Shown: piece by piece, positions 46,799 through 55,985 of the stretch
How positions within the stretch are numbered: the first letter of the stretch is position 1
How the letters are laid out: each line of letters opens with the position of its first letter
DNA from: a virus
DNA: 64,000 nucleotides
IMG/VR virus record: IMGVR_UViG_3300032893_000015
Location: 1 to 64,000 of that record
Strand: one strand, 5' to 3'
The notes under the pieces: model-generated
The model's input: the letters and a program-made list of their open reading frames with translations, nothing else
Database searches by the model: none
What the model was told of the DNA's origin: nothing
Program-made: the position numbers and the translations under genes

Positions 46799-47457
46799 GT
46801 CGCCTTCGCCGCCCGCTTGACGGCCTCGAACACCGTCGTCGACAAGTCCTTCGTGCCCCACTTCTTCGCGAGCGCCAGGGACATCGCATGGAACTCCTCG
46901 TACTGCTTCGGGCTGAACTTTAGCTGCACCGGTTTCACTTCCTGCACCGGCTTCTCCGGCTCGATGCTCGCCTCTTCCATGGCTAGGTACTTCACCAGTT
47001 CCCTTTCGGGGATTCCCAGGTCGAGGGCCCTGGTCCCTTCGTCCATCGCCCCCTCCAGCGTCTTGAGCACGAGCGCCATCTTCTCGTCGTCGGGCTGCCC
47101 GCGCTTTGCATCGAGCTTCACGGTCAGCGCCTTGGCCTCCACCTCCGTGATCCCGTCCAGGAACACCATCGGCCCGAGCTCCAAGCCGAGCTCCTTCGCG
47201 ATGCCGTGCCTTTGCTCACCATCGATGATGAGGTTTCGCTCTTTACCTTTTTCGTCCTTCCCCCACACCGTCATCGACTGACTGACCAGCCACCCATCGT
47301 GCACGAGTCCGTACTTGATGCTCTCGCGCTCGAAGGCCGTGAGCCGGTTCGGGTTCCACCCATTCGGCTGCACACTCGCGAGCGGTCGCAGGACCACCTT
47401 ACCCACGATCCTCGGCACGTCAGGTACCGGTGTGGCTGCTGCTGTTTTCTTTCTCAT
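46795..47457 (-). CDS. ParB-like protein 1
   Basis: PNGWNPNRL...IIDGEQRH; clear paralog of the neighbouring gene (shared VWGKDEKG). Confidence 0.85.
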   Translation of the reverse strand: MRKKTAAATPVPDVPRIVGKVVLRPLASVQPNGWNPNRLTAFERESIKYGLVHDGWLVSQSMTVWGKDEKGKERNLIIDGEQRHGIAKELGLELGPMVFLDGITEVEAKALTVKLDAKRGQPDDEKMALVLKTLEGAMDEGTRALDLGIPERELVKYLAMEEASIEPEKPVQEVKPVQLKFSPKQYEEFHAMSLALAKKWGTKDLSTTVFEAVKRAAKAT

Positions 47458-47969
47458 CGTTTTGCGCCTCGCCGCCTTGTTGTACCACCCCCGTTCACGA
47501 AGCGCGGCGCCGCACACGTAAGCATCTGCTTCGCCGGCACCAGCGTCACCTCATGATGCCTGGGCACTCCGTACGTGAGCGCAAGCAGATGTCGATAGGG
47601 TGCCGGCAGCACCACGTACCACTCCTTCTTGTTCTGCCGGAGCCAAAGCATCGGTTCCTTCTTCATCTCCTTGGCTTGCCCCTCGGCCTGCGTCCACCAA
47701 GTCCAAACGGGTGACTGCTTCCCGGTAACGAACTGGACCCAGGACCAGTCCTCCCTCCGCTTCACCTCGACGCTGAAGGGGAAGGTATTGGCCGTCGTCA
47801 TAACGTCCCCTGAGGCTTGGAACTCCCCCCGTAGCTTCGGCCCGCCCCACCCTCCGCTGAGGGGCGTCCGCACAAACTGGCACCCGGGCTCCACCGCCTG
47901 CCACCAGGCACCCAGCAGCGCCGCCACTTCCCTCTCCGCCTCGCTGCCCTTGCGCCGACCCAGCGTCAC
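47454..47969 (-). CDS. PD-(D/E)xK Holliday junction resolvase-like nuclease
   Basis: RRKGSEAEREVA, RTPLSGG, GDV...SVEVKR. Confidence 0.8.
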   Translation of the reverse strand: MTLGRRKGSEAEREVAALLGAWWQAVEPGCQFVRTPLSGGWGGPKLRGEFQASGDVMTTANTFPFSVEVKRREDWSWVQFVTGKQSPVWTWWTQAEGQAKEMKKEPMLWLRQNKKEWYVVLPAPYRHLLALTYGVPRHHEVTLVPAKQMLTCAAPRFVNGGGTTRRRGAKR

Positions 47970-48325
47970 TTCCGTTGCCCTGGCTCGTAGTAGCCCTGCA
48001 CGAGCTTCGCCTGGTGCTCTCCTTCGTCCGGTGTCGCTACCAACGTGTCTGCCCATTCCGCAATGGGCTTTGCATCATCGAGCGGACGCTTCGGGTGGCG
48101 GAAGGTCCCCGCCTGCACGAGTGCCAACGCTGCCTTCTTGTTGACGGCGTACACGTAAAAGTCGAGCACCTGCACCCCCTGGTCGGGCTCGTTGTGCATC
48201 GCCGTCACCTTCCACCGTGGTGGCGTCACCTTCGTTCCCATCGCCTTTCGCAGCTTGTCGGGTGGAAACGTTTCCCACTTCCCCCGTTCGTTGTGTGCGA
48301 CACCGTTGGGCTTCTCCGTCTTCAT
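47966..48325 (-). CDS. hypothetical protein
   Basis: 4-nt overlaps with both neighbours. Confidence 0.6.
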   Translation of the reverse strand: MKTEKPNGVAHNERGKWETFPPDKLRKAMGTKVTPPRWKVTAMHNEPDQGVQVLDFYVYAVNKKAALALVQAGTFRHPKRPLDDAKPIAEWADTLVATPDEGEHQAKLVQGYYEPGQRK

Positions 48326-50265
48326 GTGACCACCCTAACCTCGCTTCGTCCCCCGCGTCCCGTGATCAGGATGCTCCCTGGCAGGGTGTCGAGAGCCGCT
48401 GCGTGGTGCGCGACGACGAACGCTTGATCGAACCCCGCCGCCTTCAGCATCCCGGGTAAGTGCCTACCGACGCTCCCCCGGTGCTCCTCGTCCAGGTGCC
48501 CGAACGGCTCATCGATGCACGCCGTGGTCCAGGGATTGGAAACCCGGGTTTCCAATCTCCCCCTCAGCCACCGGCTCGCCCCCAGTTGCAGCGCCAACCC
48601 GGCCAGGTCCTCCGCCCCTCCGCTTCGCCCGAATTGAAACTCCAACCTGTTGACGGTATTCGGGCCCCGGGGGGCGTGGCACCGCTGACACTCCTTCACC
48701 TTCGCGCTGTCCGGGAACGGCATCCCGCACGCGTCGCACGTCCTGGCCAGTCCCTTCCCCTGCTGCTCCCAGCTCGCCTCGACGCGCAGCCCAATGCCGC
48801 ACGCGCCCAGCACGTGGTCGTTGGCCACCTCCTGCACGATCTTGAGCACGCCTTGCGCCAGCCTCCTCTGGGCTCCCTGCCGCCCCAGGATGGTCGCCGC
48901 CTCGCGCCTGGCCTGCTGCTCCTGACCTAGCGTATTGGCGATATCCCGCATCCTCGCCCTGGTCATTCGTAGCGCGTTGATCCGCGCCATCGTCGTCGCC
49001 AGCTTCTCCGCCCTGACGGTCACCTCTTGGCGCAGCCGCATCGCCTGATCCAGTGCCCTGTTCGCCGTCTCCCGCGATTCGGTCATGTCGACGTTCCCCG
49101 CCCGACACGTCGCCACGTACGCCGGCTTCAGATTCTCGAGTCGCTGGCGCATCCCCTGCAGCCTTCCGTGGTCCCGGTCCGCCGCCTGTCTGATGGCCTC
49201 GTAGTGATTCTTCTCCCGCATCCACCGCTGCACCGCTTCCGCCGCCTGCTGCACCTGCGTTGTCACCTCACGAGCGGCTGCGGTGTTCTGCTCGGTACGG
49301 CGATTGATCTCGTCGGTAGCGGGGCACTGTATACCCGCCACGGGACACCGTCCGTCAAACTGCCCTCGTGCCAGCTGCTGCAGCTGCCCGAGGCGTCGGC
49401 TCTGCGCCGCGTGGCCCATCTGCGCCTCCAGGTACATCTGCTCCACTTGCTTGGCGTGCTTTGGGTCCGGCGCTGGCTTCGCTTGCCGTTCCAACAAGAC
49501 GATTGCCTGTTGCAGTTCCTCGTATTCGCGTTGGACGGCCAAACCCCGTTCCCTCTCCGCACACGCTTCCACCGCCAACCGTGTATCTAGCAACTTTGCC
49601 TCTGCGTGCTTTAGTTGCACTTCCAACTCGTCGAGCTTCGCCTCCATCTCCTTGAGCGACTGCCCTTCGCTGAGGGCTCTGTCTTCCTGCTCCGAGACTT
49701 GGATGGCAGCGTTGAGCTCCTCGAGCGCCTTGGACACCTGCAGTAGCTTCCCCCGGTTGCTCTCCTCCGCTCGCTCCAACCTATTGAGCCCCGCCCACCC
49801 TGCAACGATGCTCGTGCGCTCTTCGGGCGCCATGAGCACCATGCGCGCGAGCTGACGCTGCCCGAAATAGCAGCTCGCCTCGAAGTCCTCTCGCGTCAGG
49901 CCCATGACCTTCACGATGCACTCTTGCGCATCCTCTTGCGCGAGCACCGTTCCTCCGCGTGCCACCTTCAGCCGCGTTGTCTTTCCGCGCGTGCGCTCGC
50001 GCGCGATGTGCAGGTCTCCGAACGCGAGCTCGACAGCGCCTTCCTTTTCGCCGTCGGTGATCCAGCTGTCCTCGTACCGATGCCGGTGCACTCCGTAGAG
50101 AGCGAACCGAATCGCTTCGAGCAGGCTCGTCTTCCCTCGCCAGTTGCTGAGCCCCGGGTTGGTCTCGTCGCGTGCTACGACGGCGTACGCCACCTTGCGC
50201 AACTCGAGTTCGTGCTCCCCTCCGAACCGCATCCAGTTGCGCAGCGCCAGAAACGAGATGCTCAC
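48322..50265 (-). CDS. SbcC/Rad50-like SMC ATPase
   Basis: Walker A SNWRGKTS, Q-loop YFGQ, coiled coil, signature SGGA, Walker B CIDEPFGHLD, H-loop. Confidence 0.9.
   Translation of the reverse strand: MSISFLALRNWMRFGGEHELELRKVAYAVVARDETNPGLSNWRGKTSLLEAIRFALYGVHRHRYEDSWITDGEKEGAVELAFGDLHIARERTRGKTTRLKVARGGTVLAQEDAQECIVKVMGLTREDFEASCYFGQRQLARMVLMAPEERTSIVAGWAGLNRLERAEESNRGKLLQVSKALEELNAAIQVSEQEDRALSEGQSLKEMEAKLDELEVQLKHAEAKLLDTRLAVEACAERERGLAVQREYEELQQAIVLLERQAKPAPDPKHAKQVEQMYLEAQMGHAAQSRRLGQLQQLARGQFDGRCPVAGIQCPATDEINRRTEQNTAAAREVTTQVQQAAEAVQRWMREKNHYEAIRQAADRDHGRLQGMRQRLENLKPAYVATCRAGNVDMTESRETANRALDQAMRLRQEVTVRAEKLATTMARINALRMTRARMRDIANTLGQEQQARREAATILGRQGAQRRLAQGVLKIVQEVANDHVLGACGIGLRVEASWEQQGKGLARTCDACGMPFPDSAKVKECQRCHAPRGPNTVNRLEFQFGRSGGAEDLAGLALQLGASRWLRGRLETRVSNPWTTACIDEPFGHLDEEHRGSVGRHLPGMLKAAGFDQAFVVAHHAAALDTLPGSILITGRGGRSEVRVVT
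48535..48556. repeat. 22-bp palindrome, copy 9
   Basis: exact match; in frame (LETRVSN) between the SbcC signature and Walker B. Confidence 0.97.
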
Positions 50266-50582
50266 GCGTCGACCAGCTCACGGAGAATTACGTCAATCTC
50301 CCTATCCTCATTCCCCACCAACAGCCCCAAGATCCTCCTCCTCGCTGCTTCGATTCTCTTCGGGTCCTTGATCGCCTGGCGTTGCTCGACGAGCTTCGTC
50401 ATCTCCCCCTGCAACTCGTCTACCTGCCTTTGCGCATGGTCCCGCTCTTCGAACAAACTCCGCAACTGACTCTCGAGTATCACGATCAAGCCAACCTTCT
50501 CGATTCGAAAACCTGACTCGAGTTCTGCCACCCGCTCCTTCAACCGATCGATCTCTTCCACGAGTGCAAACTCGAGACTCAT
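50262..50582 (-). CDS. coiled-coil hypothetical protein
   Basis: overlaps both neighbours by 4 nt. Confidence 0.6.
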   Translation of the reverse strand: MSLEFALVEEIDRLKERVAELESGFRIEKVGLIVILESQLRSLFEERDHAQRQVDELQGEMTKLVEQRQAIKDPKRIEAARRRILGLLVGNEDREIDVILRELVDA

Positions 50583-51052
50583 AGCCCCGCCTCCGCCATC
50601 GCCTCTTCGACGACCTTCGCGAGCAACTCGCGATTCTGCGTATTCGCCTCCGCCACCATACTGGTCACCAGCTCCCTTTCCCCCACCGCCAGCTCCGCCT
50701 CTTGCCGCGCTTGCTCCCGGACCACCGCATCTGGCGCTGTCGACCTATCGATGCGTACGGCCGCCGCCCCGTTCTGCAGGAGCACTTTCTTCAGGGCCTC
50801 CGCGCGCTCCTCGCCTCCGGGTGGTGGCTGCAGTCGAATGATCTCCCCTTGTAGCTTCCCCTCCGGGTCGACCACCGCCCAGTCCCCGATCCCCTTCCCA
50901 TCGGTCCAGCAGAACGCCGAGGGCGGCACCGTCCTCAGTCTCCGGGTCCCTCGTATCTCGACCGCCGTCACCTTCGATTGGAAACCCGGGTTTCCAATGT
51001 CCACGACGACGTAAGGATCGATCGACCTCTGCACCTTGTGCCGGCCTCCCAC
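50579..51052 (-). CDS. possible detached C-terminal domain of the SbcD/Mre11-like nuclease
   Basis: follows the phosphoesterase ORF directly; helical acidic tail; positional inference. Confidence 0.5.
   Translation of the reverse strand: MGGRHKVQRSIDPYVVVDIGNPGFQSKVTAVEIRGTRRLRTVPPSAFCWTDGKGIGDWAVVDPEGKLQGEIIRLQPPPGGEERAEALKKVLLQNGAAAVRIDRSTAPDAVVREQARQEAELAVGERELVTSMVAEANTQNRELLAKVVEEAMAEAGL
50977..50998. repeat. 22-bp palindrome, copy 10
   Basis: exact match; read as IGNPGFQS within ORF 50579..51052. Confidence 0.97.
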
Positions 51053-51053
51053 G

Positions 51054-51809
51054 TCACGCCTCCACGAGGAGATACCCGGGGGTGTGCTTCTCCTCCGCGA
51101 ACGTCAACCGAGCCACACTCCCCGGGATGTGTATGACGTACTCCTGCCCCGCCGGCCTGAAGGCTTGTCGTCGGTGGTAGTGCCCGTTGATGACGATCTT
51201 CGGTCCCGTCAACTTCCCCACCTCCTCCACCGGAAAGACCACCTCCCTCCCCCGCGGCATCTCCGTTGTCTCCTCCCCGGGCTGCACGCCTGGGATATGC
51301 AGATGTCCCAGTACAAGGATTGGGCGTTCGCTCCGTTTCGCTCTCTGCTCCGCCGCCGCCTTCACCTGAAAGACTGGGTCGTACGCGTGACTGGTCGCCG
51401 TATAGGGCAACCCCAGCACGTCCACCCACGTGTCCTCGTGCTTGTCGAGCTGCATGCTCCAGACGCCCGGTTGCTGGAACACGTAGATTCCGTGTGGCAT
51501 GCCTGCCATCGGGTGCAACACCGTCTGCCCCGTCCCCGTCTCCTGCACGTCGTGATTGCCCGCCACGCAGATGACTCTGATGTGGTGGTGCCTGAGGATC
51601 GTGCTCGCCTGCACCATCATACCCAGCGCCGCTATGACAGCCACCGGCTCGTCCGGGTCGCAGAGATCGCCGGTAAAGATCCAGGCATCGGCGTGGTGAT
51701 TCACCGCCGCGTACACGCTCTCCGTCACCGCCGCTTGGATCTCGGCTGCGCGTGGCACTCCGCACGTCTTCCAGTCGTGATGCAAGTCGCTGACGACGAC
51801 GAACTTCAT
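51054..51809 (-). CDS. SbcD/Mre11-like metallophosphoesterase nuclease
   Basis: SDLH, TGDL, AGNHD, GHLH, NGHYH, PGS..RLTFAE. Confidence 0.9.
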   Translation of the reverse strand: MKFVVVSDLHHDWKTCGVPRAAEIQAAVTESVYAAVNHHADAWIFTGDLCDPDEPVAVIAALGMMVQASTILRHHHIRVICVAGNHDVQETGTGQTVLHPMAGMPHGIYVFQQPGVWSMQLDKHEDTWVDVLGLPYTATSHAYDPVFQVKAAAEQRAKRSERPILVLGHLHIPGVQPGEETTEMPRGREVVFPVEEVGKLTGPKIVINGHYHRRQAFRPAGQEYVIHIPGSVARLTFAEEKHTPGYLLVEA

Positions 51810-53026
51810 CGTTCGACCACTTCCCCGTCCGCCGTGATCTCCACCGGTGGATGCTCTTCGAAGTGCCTGCGTACTTCTGTCTCGAGCAGGAAGAGCTTGT
51901 CCTTGGCCACGGGTCCGCTGAGCGCACGCACGGCTGCGTGCTCCCCTTGCCATCGGCTGCTGGTGGTGGCCCCTGCCCACGTAAGCCAACTCCCCTTCGT
52001 GCTGACGATATCGAACCGCCGTGCCAGTTCGACGACGTCCCTTGCCCGGTCATACCCCTCCGGCACGAGCACTCCATTCGAAGTGTGGAAATAGAACTGC
52101 GTCTCGCGGTCCTCCTTCCCCCCGACTTTCGTTTTCTTGATCGTGCCCAGGTGCCTCTCCCCGTACACCTTCCTGGGTTCTCCGGTGTCGCCGCCTCCGT
52201 CCCCGACCCACTTCGCCCGCTCGATGCGCACGACCAGGCTCGCGTCGTAGTAGATGGCGCTCCCCCCTCCAACCTTGTAGTCGTTGCCGAAGCGCTTCGC
52301 CCAGACGTCCGCCTCCGGATCGACCATCTCCCGGGCGATAGCCACAAAGCTCGCCTGCGCGTGTTCAAGCAACGGCACGAGCTCGTCCATCCACGCCGCG
52401 TTCATCTTCGCCTTCAGCTGCGCTCCGCGATCCCGTCCCGCCGTCACCTTTTTCCCGGGTGCTTGCTTCCGGTCCTCGCGCTCCGCCTTGATGATCTCGT
52501 CGAGCAGGTCCTTGGGCACGAGCTTGCGAAGGCTGTCACACACGACGATGGCCGCCGTATCGGGGGGCACCTTCCCCGCCTTACGGGCACTCGCCGCGAT
52601 GTTCAGGAACTCGCGCACCTCCGCGATGGTCTGTTCGTAGCTCCCTGGCTTCATGGCAAAAAAGCCCGGATGGTCGAACGTCGCCGAGCCCATGAGCTTT
52701 TCCACCCACGTGCCTGGTGTCGTCCGCTCCGCATCGATGTACAGCGCGAAATGATCCCGTTCGAGAAAGCTCTCGACTAGCCCCAACGCAAAGATGGTCT
52801 TTCCCTCGTTGCTCGGTCCGTGCAGTAGCGAAAAGCGCTCGACGGGCCACCCTCCAACCTTCGTCGCGTGGTCCAGCTGCACGAAGCGCGTGGGCACCGC
52901 TTTGACGGCCGTGAGCACCTCGCGTGCGGGCCGGAACCTGTCGAACCTCTTGGCCACGCCCTCCAGGGCGCTCTTGCGCGGACGCGGCTCCCGCGCATCC
53001 GCCACCACCCGATGTCGCCCGCCCAC
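51806..53026 (-). CDS. RecA/UvsX-like recombinase
   Basis: LD.A...GGWP, GPSNEGKT, YIDAE, VCDSL..LVPK, GGG.AI.Y.AS. Confidence 0.9.
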   Translation of the reverse strand: MGGRHRVVADAREPRPRKSALEGVAKRFDRFRPAREVLTAVKAVPTRFVQLDHATKVGGWPVERFSLLHGPSNEGKTIFALGLVESFLERDHFALYIDAERTTPGTWVEKLMGSATFDHPGFFAMKPGSYEQTIAEVREFLNIAASARKAGKVPPDTAAIVVCDSLRKLVPKDLLDEIIKAEREDRKQAPGKKVTAGRDRGAQLKAKMNAAWMDELVPLLEHAQASFVAIAREMVDPEADVWAKRFGNDYKVGGGSAIYYDASLVVRIERAKWVGDGGGDTGEPRKVYGERHLGTIKKTKVGGKEDRETQFYFHTSNGVLVPEGYDRARDVVELARRFDIVSTKGSWLTWAGATTSSRWQGEHAAVRALSGPVAKDKLFLLETEVRRHFEEHPPVEITADGEVVER

Positions 53027-53030
53027 CGGG

Positions 53031-54317
53031 CTACTGCCCCTTGCCCCAGGGTAGGTTGTCCTCGTTGACGTCTCCCGGAGCTTCGTTGGCGGGCCCCGGT
53101 GAACGCCGCTTGCGTCGCTTGGCCATCGTGGGGGCCGGTGGTGGTGTTGGAGCTGCCGCCGTCGTCACCGCGTACTGCTTACCGCAATGCGGGCACTGCG
53201 GAGCCACCGCCAACATCGGCTTGCCGCACCCGTCACAGCCCACGATCTCGTCCTCGTCAATAACGCCAGGGGGTGAGGGCTGCTGTTGTGTCGCTGGTAT
53301 CCTGAACGTCGTCTGCGCAGTTTGCATCGTGGATTGTGCAGGCGCGTTCGCTCCGTAAGGGAAGTCCGCCGCCGTTGCCTGCGGACGTGCTGCCCCGGCG
53401 AAGATCTGGTCCCACGGCACCAGCTGCCGAACCGTGCAGTGCCTCTCGAGCATCGTCCGCATCGTCACCGGATCGAACGGCTGCAGGTACCCGCTGAGGT
53501 CCGGCTTGGGTCCGCGGATTACTTCTGCAACCGCTGGCGTGAGCGGCATTTGCTCCATACGCACGGCCGAATACTTCCGGTCGGGGCGTGGCTGTTTTTT
53601 ATCGTAGATCCATTTGATGGCATACGGATTGAGGAACGGGTCTCCGCCCTGCCTTCCGAGTGACTTGACGGCCTTCTCGATGACGTCTTTCACCTCGTCG
53701 CCGAGCCCCCCTGTCTCCACCGCCACCTGCACTCCCGCTTCCGGTGCGCTGTTGACGCAGACGGCGAAGAGATAAGACATCTTCGCCATCATGTTCTCTT
53801 TGAACGATTCGCGCAGGGAGATGCCCTCGTCCTTGAGCATGCGCTTGTCGTCCGGATCCATGTCCTCTTCGCGGTAACTACCGTACGCCCCTCCCGCGTG
53901 GATGATGATCGACTCCTCTGGATCGTCCGCCTCGAACTGCAAAAAGGGCTGCGTCCAGCCGATGACTCGCTCTTGCACCGCCACTTCCAGCCAGTTGAGT
54001 AGCTTGCACACGGGGCAAGTCCTGGGTGGGAACTTTCTCCTCCCGGTGTCGTCCGTCCGGTACTGCTTCTTCAGGATCCCTTCGTCCTCGGGACAGTTGT
54101 ACGGTCGGCTCCAGACGCGCGTGACTTGTTCACCGCTGTCTCTGTCGTCGAGCACGACCACAGTTGGTATCCGGTGCTGCCAGAGCGCGATGGGCATCAC
54201 CTTCGTGTGCAGCCACACGTCGACTTCCCCGTCTTCCCTCCACTTCAAAAAGTCGCCGCTCTTCTCGCTCGCTCGGTGACTGAGAAACTCTTCGAGCGTG
54301 GCCATCTCACGTGACAT
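53031..54317 (-). CDS. gp32-like single-stranded DNA-binding protein
   Basis: DFLKW, CPVCKLL, acidic C-terminus EDNLPW; adjacent to the recombinase. Confidence 0.65.
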   Translation of the reverse strand: MSREMATLEEFLSHRASEKSGDFLKWREDGEVDVWLHTKVMPIALWQHRIPTVVVLDDRDSGEQVTRVWSRPYNCPEDEGILKKQYRTDDTGRRKFPPRTCPVCKLLNWLEVAVQERVIGWTQPFLQFEADDPEESIIIHAGGAYGSYREEDMDPDDKRMLKDEGISLRESFKENMMAKMSYLFAVCVNSAPEAGVQVAVETGGLGDEVKDVIEKAVKSLGRQGGDPFLNPYAIKWIYDKKQPRPDRKYSAVRMEQMPLTPAVAEVIRGPKPDLSGYLQPFDPVTMRTMLERHCTVRQLVPWDQIFAGAARPQATAADFPYGANAPAQSTMQTAQTTFRIPATQQQPSPPGVIDEDEIVGCDGCGKPMLAVAPQCPHCGKQYAVTTAAAPTPPPAPTMAKRRKRRSPGPANEAPGDVNEDNLPWGKGQ

Positions 54318-54337
54318 GGGTCTTCTTGTCCTTCCTT

Positions 54338-54934
54338 CTAGGGAACGCCTAATGCCTGCTCCAACGAAGCGATCACCGTATTCGCGAACTCGACCAGTAG
54401 TCTCGGATCGTCCGGATACAAACCCACTGCCGCCTTTGGCGCTGCCCGAATACCCATGTACTCCAGCACCTCTTTCATCCGCCGAGCGTAGGCTGCCGCT
54501 TCGAGCAACGGCATCCGCTGTTCCGGTTTGATGGTGGTGTCGAGCGGTTCCCACGTCCACCAACGCACTCGCGTCGCCCCCCGCGTAAAGCCCCACTCCT
54601 GCGGTGAGAACTTCACCGTTCTTGGATAGTGCTGCACTGCTCGGGCCATAGTGGCTAGTTCTACAGATTCGTAAATGGGCACTTCGTAAACTCGGTGCTC
54701 CGGCTTCGACCCGAGCTCGAACACGTGCACCAGCTTCCCACTTCGATCTAGGTAACTGCGCTCCACTGGACGTGCTGGCTCGTACCGGACGACTGGGTTC
54801 GCTGCTGCGATCGACCTCGCCTTGTCGGTGAGCTTGTCCTGTAGCGGTAAGGGAAGGTTGCCTTTGACGTATCGCTCCGCCATCTCCCGTTGCTCGCGCA
54901 GCCGCCGCAACTCTCTCCGCCCGCTCTTCTTCAT
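54338..54934 (-). CDS. hypothetical protein
   Basis: MKKSGRR start, ATGA overlap. Confidence 0.6.
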   Translation of the reverse strand: MKKSGRRELRRLREQREMAERYVKGNLPLPLQDKLTDKARSIAAANPVVRYEPARPVERSYLDRSGKLVHVFELGSKPEHRVYEVPIYESVELATMARAVQHYPRTVKFSPQEWGFTRGATRVRWWTWEPLDTTIKPEQRMPLLEAAAYARRMKEVLEYMGIRAAPKAAVGLYPDDPRLLVEFANTVIASLEQALGVP

Positions 54935-55096
54935 CGGTTCCCCATCGCCTCGAACGTCATCGCGCAGCTCCAGAAAGCCAGCAGCACCGGGACGAGAATG
55001 CACACGAGCGCAATCTCGTCCTTGTACCACTCCACGAACCTCTCCAGCTTCCCCTTTGGGCGCTGGTAGTAGTGCCTCTCGATCATCGCTTTTTTC

Positions 55097-55960
55097 TCAC
55101 CTCTGCTTGCTGAGCAGCACTTGCAAGCTCTTGCACCTGCTGGCCCACATCTCCGCGAGGTTCCCCATCGAGTCGACCATACTCTTGACGCGCACCCGCT
55201 CCACCTCCTGCGCGCGCCATTGGTCCGGGTGCATCGCCGCCGCTCGGCTCTCCACGTCCGCGTCCGTGATCTGCTTCGAACGTAGTCCCTTGTCCTTCTC
55301 GTACTGCAGGCTCCGGGTGGCTTCCGTACGCATCGCCGCGAACACGACGTCGTTCTCCAGCTCCCAGCGCTTTCGCTCCTGGATGGCACCTTGCCAGAGT
55401 CTATGGGCGATGCGCGCATTCGCCTCCGCTTCGTCCAGCGCCTTGATCATGACGCCGTACTCTCCTCGTTGCTCCCCGATGCGCAGCCCCGTTTCCAGCT
55501 GTTCGTAGGCCGCCGTGGGATCCGTGACGACGAGCTTCTCCATGATCCGTTCGAACGCCGGATCGATTGGTACTTGTGTGGTCGCATTGGCGCTCGCCCA
55601 ATCCGTTGGGCTCGTGTTGACGCTCGCGATCTCCTTCTGCTCCTCCTCGTGGATAGCCTGCTGCAGGGGTGCTGTCGCCTGGTCCACTTCCGCCTTCCGC
55701 CTTCTTCGACGTGGCGGTTGTTCCGCCGCCGCCTCGGTGCCCATCTCCCCGCGCTGCTGCTCGGTGGACTGCATCCAGAGCATGGCCTGCTCCATGCCCA
55801 AGTCCTCTGCCACTCCCATGGCCCCTCCGTGCCCGTTGCTGCAGGTATCCCCGCCTGGTGACTTTACCTGCGGCTGCCCGCACACCGCACAATAGGCCCT
55901 CTTCCCGTCCGGTAGCAGCGCCGGCACCGGTTGTGTCTGTACCTCACTCCGTTTTCGCAT
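55097..55960 (-). CDS. helical protein, possibly a UvsY-like recombination mediator
   Basis: C-terminal KQITDADVE...W..R..SLQ helical pattern; lies between the polymerase and SSB/RecA (inference). Confidence 0.4.
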   Translation of the reverse strand: MRKRSEVQTQPVPALLPDGKRAYCAVCGQPQVKSPGGDTCSNGHGGAMGVAEDLGMEQAMLWMQSTEQQRGEMGTEAAAEQPPRRRRRKAEVDQATAPLQQAIHEEEQKEIASVNTSPTDWASANATTQVPIDPAFERIMEKLVVTDPTAAYEQLETGLRIGEQRGEYGVMIKALDEAEANARIAHRLWQGAIQERKRWELENDVVFAAMRTEATRSLQYEKDKGLRSKQITDADVESRAAAMHPDQWRAQEVERVRVKSMVDSMGNLAEMWASRCKSLQVLLSKQR

Positions 55961-55985
55961 AACGCGGCCTCATGCCGCGTGGTGC

